NCBI RefSeq assembly: GCF_003334355.1
Contig: NZ_QOWP01000016.1
Strand: one strand, 5' to 3'
Origin: Escherichia coli
GTDB taxonomy: Bacteria > Pseudomonadota > Gammaproteobacteria > Enterobacterales > Enterobacteriaceae
DNA: 64,000 nt
Shown: one piece after another, positions 13,453-22,552 of the stretch
How the letters are laid out: each line of letters begins with the position of its first letter
Numbering within the stretch: position 1 is the stretch's first letter
Position numbers and translations under genes: made by a program
The notes under the pieces: generated by a model
Seen by the model: the letters and a program-made list of their open reading frames with translations, nothing else
Database searches by the model: none
Told to the model about the DNA's origin: nothing

Positions 13453-14592
13453 ATGAGCGCGGGAAGCCCAAAATTCACCGTTCGCCGCATTGCGGCTTTG
13501 TCACTGGTTTCGCTATGGCTGGCAGGCTGTTCTGACACTTCAAATCCACCGGCACCGGTCAGCTCCGTTAATGGCAATGCACCTGCAAATACCAATTCTG
13601 GTATGTTGATTACGCCGCCGCCGAAAATGGGGACGACATCTACAGCGCAGCAACCGCAAATTCAGCCGGTGCAGCAGCCACAAATTCAGGCTACTCAACA
13701 ACCGCAAATCCAGCCAGTGCAGCCAGTAGCTCAGCAGCCGGTACAGATGGAAAACGGACGCATCGTCTATAACCGTCAGTATGGGAACATTCCGAAAGGC
13801 AGTTATAGCGGCAGTACCTATACCGTGAAAAAAGGCGACACACTTTTCTATATCGCCTGGATTACTGGCAACGATTTCCGTGACCTTGCTCAGCGCAACA
13901 ATATTCAGGCACCATACGCGCTGAACGTTGGTCAGACTTTGCAGGTGGGTAATGCTTCCGGTACGCCAATCACTGGCGGAAATGCCATTACCCAGGCCGA
14001 CGCAGCAGAGCAAGGAGTTGTGATCAAGCCTGCACAAAATTCCACCGTTGCTGTTGCGTCGCAACCGACAATTACGTATTCTGAGTCTTCGGGTGAACAG
14101 AGTGCTAACAAAATGTTGCCGAACAACAAGCCAACTGCGACCACGGTCACAGCGCCTGTAACGGTACCAACAGCAAGCACAACCGAGCCGACTGTCAGCA
14201 GTACATCAACCAGTACGCCTATCTCCACCTGGCGCTGGCCGACTGAGGGCAAAGTGATCGAAACCTTTGGCGCTTCTGAGGGGGGCAACAAGGGGATTGA
14301 TATCGCAGGCAGCAAAGGACAGGCAATTATCGCGACCGCAGATGGCCGCGTTGTTTATGCTGGTAACGCGCTGCGCGGCTACGGTAATCTGATTATCATC
14401 AAACATAATGATGATTACCTGAGTGCCTACGCCCATAACGACACAATGCTGGTCCGGGAACAACAAGAAGTTAAGGCGGGGCAAAAAATAGCGACCATGG
14501 GTAGCACCGGAACCAGTTCAACACGCTTGCATTTTGAAATTCGTTACAAGGGGAAATCCGTAAACCCGCTGCGTTATTTGCCGCAGCGATAA
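13453..14592 (+). CDS. nlpD: Lipoprotein NlpD, LysM plus M23 peptidase-like domain (379 aa)
   Basis: ORF 379 aa, lipobox LAGCS, Gln/Pro-rich repeat linker, C-terminal M23-like region; the rpoS promoter is known to lie inside this gene. Confidence 0.93.
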   Translation: MSAGSPKFTVRRIAALSLVSLWLAGCSDTSNPPAPVSSVNGNAPANTNSGMLITPPPKMGTTSTAQQPQIQPVQQPQIQATQQPQIQPVQPVAQQPVQMENGRIVYNRQYGNIPKGSYSGSTYTVKKGDTLFYIAWITGNDFRDLAQRNNIQAPYALNVGQTLQVGNASGTPITGGNAITQADAAEQGVVIKPAQNSTVAVASQPTITYSESSGEQSANKMLPNNKPTATTVTAPVTVPTASTTEPTVSSTSTSTPISTWRWPTEGKVIETFGASEGGNKGIDIAGSKGQAIIATADGRVVYAGNALRGYGNLIIIKHNDDYLSAYAHNDTMLVREQQEVKAGQKIATMGSTGTSSTRLHFEIRYKGKSVNPLRYLPQR

Positions 14593-14654
14593 ATCGGCGG
14601 AACCAGGCTTTTGCTTGAATGTTCCGTCAAGGGATCACGGGTAGGAGCCACCTT

Positions 14655-15647
14655 ATGAGTCAGAATACGCTGAAAGTTCATGATTTAAATGAAGATGCGG
14701 AATTTGATGAGAACGGAGTTGAGGTTTTTGACGAAAAGGCCTTAGTAGAAGAGGAACCCAGTGATAACGATTTGGCCGAAGAGGAACTGTTATCGCAGGG
14801 AGCCACACAGCGTGTGTTGGACGCGACTCAGCTTTACCTTGGTGAGATTGGTTATTCACCACTGTTAACGGCCGAAGAAGAAGTTTATTTTGCGCGTCGC
14901 GCACTGCGTGGAGATGTCGCCTCTCGCCGCCGGATGATCGAGAGTAACTTGCGTCTGGTGGTAAAAATTGCCCGCCGTTATGGCAATCGTGGTCTGGCGT
15001 TGCTGGACCTTATCGAAGAGGGCAACCTGGGGCTGATCCGCGCGGTAGAGAAGTTTGACCCGGAACGTGGTTTCCGCTTCTCAACATACGCAACCTGGTG
15101 GATTCGCCAGACGATTGAACGGGCGATTATGAACCAAACCCGTACTATTCGTTTGCCGATTCACATCGTAAAGGAGCTGAACGTTTACCTGCGAACCGCA
15201 CGTGAGTTGTCCCATAAGCTGGACCATGAACCAAGTGCGGAAGAGATCGCAGAGCAACTGGATAAGCCAGTTGATGACGTCAGCCGTATGCTTCGTCTTA
15301 ACGAGCGCATTACCTCGGTAGACACCCCGCTGGGTGGTGATTCCGAAAAAGCGTTGCTGGACATCCTGGCCGATGAAAAAGAGAACGGTCCGGAAGATAC
15401 CACGCAAGATGACGATATGAAGCAGAGCATCGTCAAATGGCTGTTCGAGCTGAACGCCAAACAGCGTGAAGTGCTGGCACGTCGATTCGGTTTGCTGGGG
15501 TACGAAGCGGCAACACTGGAAGATGTAGGTCGTGAAATTGGCCTCACCCGTGAACGTGTTCGCCAGATTCAGGTTGAAGGCCTGCGCCGTTTGCGCGAAA
15601 TCCTGCAAACGCAGGGGCTGAATATCGAAGCGCTGTTCCGCGAGTAA
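14655..15647 (+). CDS. rpoS: RNA polymerase sigma factor RpoS (sigma-38, 330 aa)
   Basis: ORF track starts 14619; ATG at 14655 gives [17 protein letters not shown]..., 330 aa. Confidence 0.95.
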   Translation: MSQNTLKVHDLNEDAEFDENGVEVFDEKALVEEEPSDNDLAEEELLSQGATQRVLDATQLYLGEIGYSPLLTAEEEVYFARRALRGDVASRRRMIESNLRLVVKIARRYGNRGLALLDLIEEGNLGLIRAVEKFDPERGFRFSTYATWWIRQTIERAIMNQTRTIRLPIHIVKELNVYLRTARELSHKLDHEPSAEEIAEQLDKPVDDVSRMLRLNERITSVDTPLGGDSEKALLDILADEKENGPEDTTQDDDMKQSIVKWLFELNAKQREVLARRFGLLGYEAATLEDVGREIGLTRERVRQIQVEGLRRLREILQTQGLNIEALFRE

Positions 15648-15663
15648 GTAAGCATCTGTCAGA

Positions 15664-15694
15664 AAGGCCAGTCTCAAGCGAGGCTGGCCTTTTC
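15664..15694 (+). terminator. Intrinsic terminator downstream of rpoS
   Basis: GC-rich hairpin AGGCCAG...CTGGCCT followed by TTTTCT. Confidence 0.75.
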
Positions 15695-15704
15695 TGTGCA
15701 CAAT

Positions 15705-15734
15705 AAAAGGTCCGATGCCCATCGGACCTTTTTA
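15705..15734 (-). terminator. Intrinsic terminator for ygbN (also terminator-like on the plus strand)
   Basis: Hairpin GGTCCGATG...CATCGGACC flanked by A-run upstream and T-run downstream on the plus strand. Confidence 0.7.
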
Positions 15735-15740
15735 TTAAGG

Positions 15741-17105
15741 TCAAATTACCGCCCATACGCACCAGGTAATTAAGAATCCGGTAAAACCGAGAATGGTCGT
15801 TAACACTGTCCAGGTTTTCAGACCGTCTGCTACCGACAACCCCAGATATTTGGTCACAATCCAGAACCCTGAGTCATTAATATGTGACGCACCAAGCCCA
15901 CCAAAGCAGGCTGCCAGCGTCACCAATACGCACTGAATCGGATTCAATCCCATCACCGCTTCTGAGAGTAACCCGCCGGTTGTCAGTATTGCTACGGTTG
16001 CTGACCCCTGCGATGCACGCAGCGCCAGTGAAATAATAAATGCGGCTGGTAACAGAGGCAGGTCAATCATTTGTAGCATGTTGGCAAGGGCTTTGCCGAC
16101 GCCCGATTCCACCAGCACTTTGCCAAATACCCCTCCAGCACCAGTAACCAAAATCACTACCGCCGCAGTAGGAAGCGCTGAGCCCATAATGTCGCTGGTG
16201 TGTTGTAAGCTCCAGCCGCGACGTAAAGCCAATAACCAGAATGCCAGCACCAGCGCAATCATTAGAGCTACCATTGGTGAGCCGATCAGCTGTAGCGTAC
16301 CAAGCAGGGGATGCGAAGGCGGCATCAGTGTTGCGGAAACCGTACCCGCCATGATAATCGCGATAGGAATAACAATTAGCGAGGTGACCAGCGCGACGCC
16401 CGGTGGATTTATTTTATCGCTTAATTTTGTCGCGCCTTCCTCACTGGCCGGAGCCAGTTGCATCTGTTCCAGTACTTCTACTGACATCGCATATTGGCGC
16501 TTATTGATTATTTTCGCTGCAAAGTAGCCAACAACCCCTACGGGAATAGAAATCGCAATACCGATGATGGTTAGCCAGCCGATGTCTGCGTGGAGTAACC
16601 CCGCTGCGGCGACAGGGCCTGGATGCGGCGGTACCGCCACGTGAACAGTGAGCATGATCCCAGCGACAGGCAGGCCAAATTTGAGTGGCGATATTTTGGC
16701 AACCTTGGCAAAACCGTAAATGATTGGCGCAAGAATAATAAAGCCGACATCAAAGAAGACGGGAATACCGAGGAAGAACGCTGCCAGAGTCAGCGCAGCG
16801 ATAGTTCGTTTGTCACCTAACTTGCGACTGAAATAATTAGCCAGTGACTCTGCACCACCAGAGTGTTCGATCATACGCCCCAGCATAGCGCCCAGACCAA
16901 TAATAATAGTGACGGAACCAAGCACACCGCCCATCCCGGCGATCATCACTTTACCCACTTCGCCCGCCGGTATACCTGCCGCAAGTGCGACTAACAGGCT
17001 GACGAGGAGCAAAGCAACGAATGGTTGTACCTTTGCCTTGATGACCAGCAGCAACAGCATGATTACGCCAGCTAACGCAATGCATAACAATGTAATTGTG
17101 GACAT
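15741..17105 (-). CDS. ygbN: GntP-family permease, putative threonate/tetronate transporter (454 aa)
   Basis: ORF 454 aa, highly hydrophobic multi-TM; cluster context. Confidence 0.9.
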   Translation of the reverse strand: MSTITLLCIALAGVIMLLLLVIKAKVQPFVALLLVSLLVALAAGIPAGEVGKVMIAGMGGVLGSVTIIIGLGAMLGRMIEHSGGAESLANYFSRKLGDKRTIAALTLAAFFLGIPVFFDVGFIILAPIIYGFAKVAKISPLKFGLPVAGIMLTVHVAVPPHPGPVAAAGLLHADIGWLTIIGIAISIPVGVVGYFAAKIINKRQYAMSVEVLEQMQLAPASEEGATKLSDKINPPGVALVTSLIVIPIAIIMAGTVSATLMPPSHPLLGTLQLIGSPMVALMIALVLAFWLLALRRGWSLQHTSDIMGSALPTAAVVILVTGAGGVFGKVLVESGVGKALANMLQMIDLPLLPAAFIISLALRASQGSATVAILTTGGLLSEAVMGLNPIQCVLVTLAACFGGLGASHINDSGFWIVTKYLGLSVADGLKTWTVLTTILGFTGFLITWCVWAVI

Positions 17106-17193
17106 GGGAAACCCTGTCTGAAAGTTATAGTTAACCTACCCCATCCGTAGATGGGGGGATGTATGGGTACGTTGTAATTAGGGATTTAACGAA

Positions 17194-17970
17194 TTAGCGC
17201 CAGGCGTCAAACCAGCCAAGCCCTTCTTCGGTGAGGCCACGAGGTTTATATTCACAACCGATCCAGCCCTGATATCCCACCTCATCGAACAGGCGGAACA
17301 GCCACGGATAGTTGATTTCTCCATCGTCCGGTTCATGTCGATCAGGTAGTCCGGCAATTTGTACGTGCGCATATTTCCCGGCGTAGTCGCGGATTAAATG
17401 CGTCAGGTTGCCATCTACTTTTTGCGCATGAAAAGTATCTAGTTGAATAAACACGTTATCTCGCGCAACCTCTTCAACAATAGCCAGTGCCTGATACTGG
17501 CTGGAGAAGAGATAATGAGGCTTAACGCCGGGGCTGAGTGCTTCAACTAATATTCGCTTGCCGTGTGGCGCAAAGCGGTCGGCAGCGTAGCGGATATTAT
17601 CGATAAATACTGCCCGGTACCGTTCAGCATCTTCGCCAGCGGGCACGACGCCTGCCATCACATGGACTTGTTCACAATTGAGCGCCAATGCATATTCCAG
17701 TGCCAGGTCGATGTCTGCGTGTGCTTCGTGCTCACGTCCGGGAAGGGCGGATAATCCCCATTCCCCCGCATTAATATCTCCGGGAGCGGTATTGAACAGC
17801 GCCAGTGTCAGATGGTTTTGCTCCAGTTGCTTTTGGATTTGCAGGGTGGAGTAGTTATAGGGAAACAGAAATTCCACAGCATCGAACCCGGCTTTTCGCG
17901 CTGCGGCGAAGCGTTCAATAAAAGGCACTTCGGTGAACATCATGGATAAATTAGCTGCAAAACGAGGCAT
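17194..17970 (-). CDS. otnI: 2-oxo-tetronate isomerase, hydroxypyruvate isomerase family (258 aa)
   Basis: ORF 258 aa; ygbM position in cluster. Confidence 0.88.
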
Positions 17971-17974
17971 TGCA

Positions 17975-18613
17975 TTAACTCCTTAATTCCGCAATTTCAC
18001 CTGCGGTCAGATAACGGATCGGGCGGTCACCGAGAATAAAAATCAGCTTTGCCGTTTCCTCCAGCTCTTCCATATTGTTGGCGGCTTCTTGCAGGCTTTC
18101 ACCGCAAACCACTGGGCCATGATTTGCCAGTAAAAAAGCCTGATTGTCTGCTGCCAGTTCCGCCAGATCCTGTGCGATGCGTTTATCGCCCGGTCGGTAA
18201 TAAGGCACCAGCGGGACATTTCCCATCCGCATCACCACGTATGGTGTGAACGGACGAATAACGTTGCTGCTGTCCAGCCCTTGCAGGCAGGAAAGCGCCG
18301 TCGACCATGTGCTGTGCAAATGCACCACCGCTTTACAGCGCGGATTGTTGCGATACAGCGCCAGATGAAAGAGCACCTCTTTCGAGGGTTTGTCACCACT
18401 TAACCATTCGCCATCCGCGGCGACTTTGGAAAGCCGCTGCGGATCGAGATTGCCCAGGCATGAACCTGTCGGTGTCGCCAGTAAATTCCCGTCAGGTAAA
18501 AGCAGCGACAGATTGCCAGCCGAACCGGTTGCATAGCCGCGCTGAAAGAATGAACTGGCAATCCGCGTCATCTCCTCTCGCAAAGACTGCTCTACTTTTG
18601 CGAAATCGCTCAT
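17975..18613 (-). CDS. otnC: 3-oxo-tetronate 4-phosphate decarboxylase, class II aldolase/adducin fold (212 aa)
   Basis: ORF 212 aa; ygbL position. Confidence 0.88.
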
Positions 18614-19872
18614 GATAAAAACTCTCTTTGGGCTCGTGAAAAAAAGGCGTCATCACCGAAGTTGCCAGATTTAAGGGCGAGTGAGACAGGCTTATCCAGT
18701 GCGTTTACCCACGGCACGCCGGGGGAAATGGTTGGGCCAATATGAAACCCTTTTATTCCCAGGCTCTGTGTGACTACGCCGGAGGTCTCACCGCCTGCGA
18801 CAATAAAGCGTGTCACGCCTTCCGCTGCTAACCGCGCCGCTAGTTGAGAAAACAGTGTTTCTACTGCCTGACTGGCTTTTTGTGCACCGTATTGCTGTTG
18901 AATTGCTGCCAATGCGTCAGTGCTGGCGGTGGCAAAAACCAGTGGAGCAAGTACACTTTCCTGGCCCAGAACCCACTCTGCCAGTTCGTGTGCATAAGCG
19001 GCCAGAGTTTCAATTGAGAGGCAGCGTGCCACATCAACTTCACGGGCTGGTGCAATTTGACGGTAATGTGCTACCTGGCGGTTGGTCATTTGAGAGCATG
19101 AACCGGAGAGCACTACGCCGCGCCCAGCGAGCGGACGCCCTGCTTTGCGAGCCTGGTTACCGTTTTCTTGCGCCCACTGCCGGGCCAGGCCAATCGCCAG
19201 ACCAGAACCGCCCGTTACCAGTGGGGCATCGCGCAAGGCTTCTCCCTGAATTTCCAGATGGTGTTCGGTCAGCGCATCAAGCACCGCGTAGCGGTAGCCC
19301 TCTTGCTGTAAGCGAGCCAGCTCTTGACGAACGGCATCCACACCTTGTTCGAAAACATGTGCCGAAACGACGCCGCAGCGCCCTGTGGATTGCGCTTCAA
19401 CCAGACGGGGAAGATAGCTGTCGGTCATGGGATTTACCGGGTGATGGCGCATCCCGGATTCGGCCAGCAGTTGATTCATTACGAACAAATACCCCTGATA
19501 AACCGTACGTCCGTTGACCGGCAGGGCCGGAGAGAAGACCGTAAACGGCGTGTCGAGAGCATCCATTAAGGCATCGGTAACCGGGCCAATATTACCTTTC
19601 GCCGTACTGTCGAAAGTAGAGCAGTATTTGAAATAGATCTGTTTGCAACCTTGCTGTTGCAACCAGCTCAGAGCCGCCAGCGATTGCTGTGTGGCTTCAA
19701 CCACTGGACAGGAGCGCGTTTTCAGGCTGATCACCAGTGCGTCGATTGCTTCCGGCATTTTACCTGTTGGAACACCGTTAATTTGTACCGTTGGTAGACC
19801 GTTTTCCACCAGAAAACTGGCGATATCCGTCGCGCCGGTAAAATCATCGGCGATAACGCCAATCTTGATCAT
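18610..19872 (-). CDS. otnK: 3-oxo-tetronate kinase (420 aa as read from first ATG)
   Basis: ORF 420 aa starting MIKIGVIADDFTGATD; start overlaps ygbJ stop (ATGA); exact start not verified. Confidence 0.85.
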   Translation of the reverse strand: MIKIGVIADDFTGATDIASFLVENGLPTVQINGVPTGKMPEAIDALVISLKTRSCPVVEATQQSLAALSWLQQQGCKQIYFKYCSTFDSTAKGNIGPVTDALMDALDTPFTVFSPALPVNGRTVYQGYLFVMNQLLAESGMRHHPVNPMTDSYLPRLVEAQSTGRCGVVSAHVFEQGVDAVRQELARLQQEGYRYAVLDALTEHHLEIQGEALRDAPLVTGGSGLAIGLARQWAQENGNQARKAGRPLAGRGVVLSGSCSQMTNRQVAHYRQIAPAREVDVARCLSIETLAAYAHELAEWVLGQESVLAPLVFATASTDALAAIQQQYGAQKASQAVETLFSQLAARLAAEGVTRFIVAGGETSGVVTQSLGIKGFHIGPTISPGVPWVNALDKPVSLALKSGNFGDDAFFSRAQREFLS

Positions 19873-20777
19873 GATTTCGCTCCCGGTAGAGTGATGCCAG
19901 AGAAAATCTTGATAACTGCGCTATCGTCTTCTTTCCCGTAACCCGCGTTACTGGCGCTGGTGAACATATTCAATGCTGTTGAGGCCAATGGCAGCGGGAA
20001 GTGCAGGGCTTTGGCTGTATCGGCAACCAGACCAAGATCCTTAACAAAAATATCGACGGCTGAATGCGGGGTGTAATCGCCATCCACCACATGACGCATC
20101 CGGTTTTCGAACATCCAGGAATTTCCGGCGGCATTGGTCACGACGTCATACATCACATCCAGCGGGATCCCCGCACGGGCTGCAAGTGCCATCGCTTCGG
20201 CTCCGGCAGCAATATGTACGCCCGCTAACAACTGGTGAATAATTTTTACGGTCGAACCTAGTCCCGGTTCTGCACCTATGCGATAAACTTTTCCGGCAAC
20301 GGCTTCCAGCACGGGTGCCAGTCGTTCAAAGGCAATATCGCTACCGGAGGCCATGACAGTCATTTCACCGTTAGCGGCTTTTACTGCACCACCAGAAACT
20401 GGCGCATCCAGCATTTCCAGATCGAATCCAGCCAGAGCGGTAGCAATTTCTTGCGCATCAGCACTAGCGATAGTGGAAGAAACCATTACTGCCGTACCGG
20501 GTTTCAGATGTTGTGCAACGCCTGTTTCACCAAACAGCACCTGTTTAACCTGGGCCGCATTGACCACCAGCACCAGCAGTGCGTCCAGTTTTTCGGCAAA
20601 CGTCGCGGCGTTATCAGAAACCCCGCAAGCACCTGCCTCTTTCAACGTAGCGCAGGCATTGCTGTTCAGGTCTGCGCCCCAGGTAGAAAGACCTGCGCGG
20701 ACACATGACAGTGCTGCTCCCATTCCCATTGACCCTAAGCCAACGATACCGACATGAAACTCAGATCCCGTTTTCAT
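19869..20777 (-). CDS. ltnD: L-threonate dehydrogenase, 3-hydroxyisobutyrate dehydrogenase family (302 aa)
   Basis: ORF 302 aa with NAD-binding GxGxxG N-terminus (GIVGLGSMG); ygbJ position. Confidence 0.9.
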   Translation of the reverse strand: MKTGSEFHVGIVGLGSMGMGAALSCVRAGLSTWGADLNSNACATLKEAGACGVSDNAATFAEKLDALLVLVVNAAQVKQVLFGETGVAQHLKPGTAVMVSSTIASADAQEIATALAGFDLEMLDAPVSGGAVKAANGEMTVMASGSDIAFERLAPVLEAVAGKVYRIGAEPGLGSTVKIIHQLLAGVHIAAGAEAMALAARAGIPLDVMYDVVTNAAGNSWMFENRMRHVVDGDYTPHSAVDIFVKDLGLVADTAKALHFPLPLASTALNMFTSASNAGYGKEDDSAVIKIFSGITLPGAKS

Positions 20778-20972
20778 CTGCTCTCCTTGTTAATTTAAGT
20801 GATATTTTGTTTGATATTGTGAATATAAGCGCTGGAAGATAACGATATGATGATCTGATTCACATAAATTAACATTGTGTGTTATTTTATGTGAACTAAG
20901 CGTTAGTTGCGCCGCGCACGTTTCGCAGGCAAATAGCGTAGAATGTCAGCAGGACAAAGGAAGGAGCAAAAG

Positions 20973-21740
20973 TTGATACCCGTAGAGCGTCGCCAAATCA
21001 TCCTTGAGATGGTAGCTGAAAAAGGCATTGTCAGTATTGCTGAACTAACGGACAGAATGAATGTGTCACATATGACCATTCGTCGGGATTTACAAAAACT
21101 GGAGCAGCAGGGAGCCGTTGTGCTGGTGTCCGGAGGCGTCCAGTCTCCGGGACGCGTGGCGCATGAACCTTCTCATCAGGTAAAAACTGCGCTGGCAATG
21201 ACGCAAAAAGCGGCTATTGGCAAGCTGGCGGCAAGTCTTGTTCAGCCGGGAAGTTGTATCTATCTGGATGCGGGAACGACCACGTTAGCGATAGCACAGC
21301 ATCTGATTCACATGGAGTCACTGACTGTGGTCACAAACGATTTCGTTATTGCGGACTACTTGCTCGACAACAGTAATTGCACAATTATTCACACTGGCGG
21401 TGCAGTGTGTCGGGAAAACCGTTCCTGTGTCGGGGAAGCCGCTGCGACCATGCTGCGCAGCCTGATGATTGATCAGGCTTTTATTTCTGCATCGTCATGG
21501 AGTGTGCGGGGGATTTCTACGCCAGCGGAAGATAAAGTCACGGTGAAACGGGCGATTGCCAGTGCCAGCCGCCAGCGAGTTTTGGTCTGTGATGCGACGA
21601 AATATGGTCAGGTGGCGACATGGCTGGCGTTACCATTAAGCGAGTTTGATCAGATTATTACAGACGACGGTTTGCCGGAGAGTGCCAGTCGCGCGCTGGT
21701 GAAGCAGGATCTCTCTTTGCTGGTAGCGAAAAATGAATAA
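20973..21740 (+). CDS. ygbI: DeoR-family transcriptional regulator (255 aa from TTG; 265 aa if ATG 20943 is used)
   Basis: HTH N-terminus plus sugar-binding-like C-terminus; AAGGAG at 20960-20965 is spaced for a TTG start at 20973; divergent from ygbJ. Confidence 0.8.
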   Translation: MIPVERRQIILEMVAEKGIVSIAELTDRMNVSHMTIRRDLQKLEQQGAVVLVSGGVQSPGRVAHEPSHQVKTALAMTQKAAIGKLAASLVQPGSCIYLDAGTTTLAIAQHLIHMESLTVVTNDFVIADYLLDNSNCTIIHTGGAVCRENRSCVGEAAATMLRSLMIDQAFISASSWSVRGISTPAEDKVTVKRAIASASRQRVLVCDATKYGQVATWLALPLSEFDQIITDDGLPESASRALVKQDLSLLVAKNE

Positions 21741-21790
21741 TGGCCTGCAATAACACCGGGTTACTCATGCTTCACAGAAGAAGCATGAGA

Positions 21791-22447
21791 CTACTTTATT
21801 TTATAAAATGACAGCCGCCCGCTGTTCGGCGATCCGGTATCAATATAAATCTGGTTAGCGAACGTCTGAATGTTATCAAACATCATATGTCCAAATATAA
21901 AATAATCAGCGCCGTTTATTTGTTGTAACTCGCCATTAAGCGATTTCTGCACACGATCAACAGGCCAGAGTAATTCGCTCTCCGCTATTTCTTTACCAAA
22001 GAGATATTCACTCCCCGGATAATCTGCATGTGCGATGGCATATTTTATGTTGTCGTTAGTGATTTCAATAATATGTGGAAGGTGATGGAATTTCAGCAAC
22101 AGATCTATTGCCTCTTGTTGCTCTGAATCATTTAAATCGAAAAACCAGTCACCACCGCTGGCAAGCCACATATTGCCATCGCCAGTTTCGAATGCCTCAA
22201 GCGCCATCGCTTCGTGGTTGCCTTTAACCGACGTAAACCAGGGTTGGTTTAGCAGGCGCAGGACGTCAAGACTCTCCGGTCCACGATCAATATTATCGCC
22301 GACAGAAATAAGTAAGTCGATTTCGGGGAAAAAAGAGAGTTGATGTAAGCGGGATTGTAATAACTGATATTCACCATGAATATCACCAACGACCCATATA
22401 TGGCGATAGTGATGGGCATTGATTTTTTGATAGCGTGTAGATGGCAT
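21791..22447 (-). CDS. pphB: Serine/threonine protein phosphatase 2 (218 aa)
   Basis: ORF 218 aa with metallophosphatase motifs (GDIHG, GDNIDRG, GNHE). Confidence 0.92.
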   Translation of the reverse strand: MPSTRYQKINAHHYRHIWVVGDIHGEYQLLQSRLHQLSFFPEIDLLISVGDNIDRGPESLDVLRLLNQPWFTSVKGNHEAMALEAFETGDGNMWLASGGDWFFDLNDSEQQEAIDLLLKFHHLPHIIEITNDNIKYAIAHADYPGSEYLFGKEIAESELLWPVDRVQKSLNGELQQINGADYFIFGHMMFDNIQTFANQIYIDTGSPNSGRLSFYKIK

Positions 22448-22552
22448 GGTTTTACCCTGTAAAATAAGCTTTCCTATTATACAGGGTGTTTTTATTTTAT
22501 TCGTCAGTTGTCGTTAATATTCCCGATAGCAAAAGACTATCGGGAATTGTTA

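Noticed and set aside
22452-22546. Hairpins in the mutS-pphB intergenic region as intrinsic terminators
   Set aside because: Two palindromes are present (CCCTGTAAAATAAGCTTTCCTATTATACAGGG and TTCCCGATAG...CTATCGGGAA) but the T-run follows the first only on the plus strand, whereas both flanking genes are on the minus strand; orientation does not fit a simple mutS terminator, so not called.
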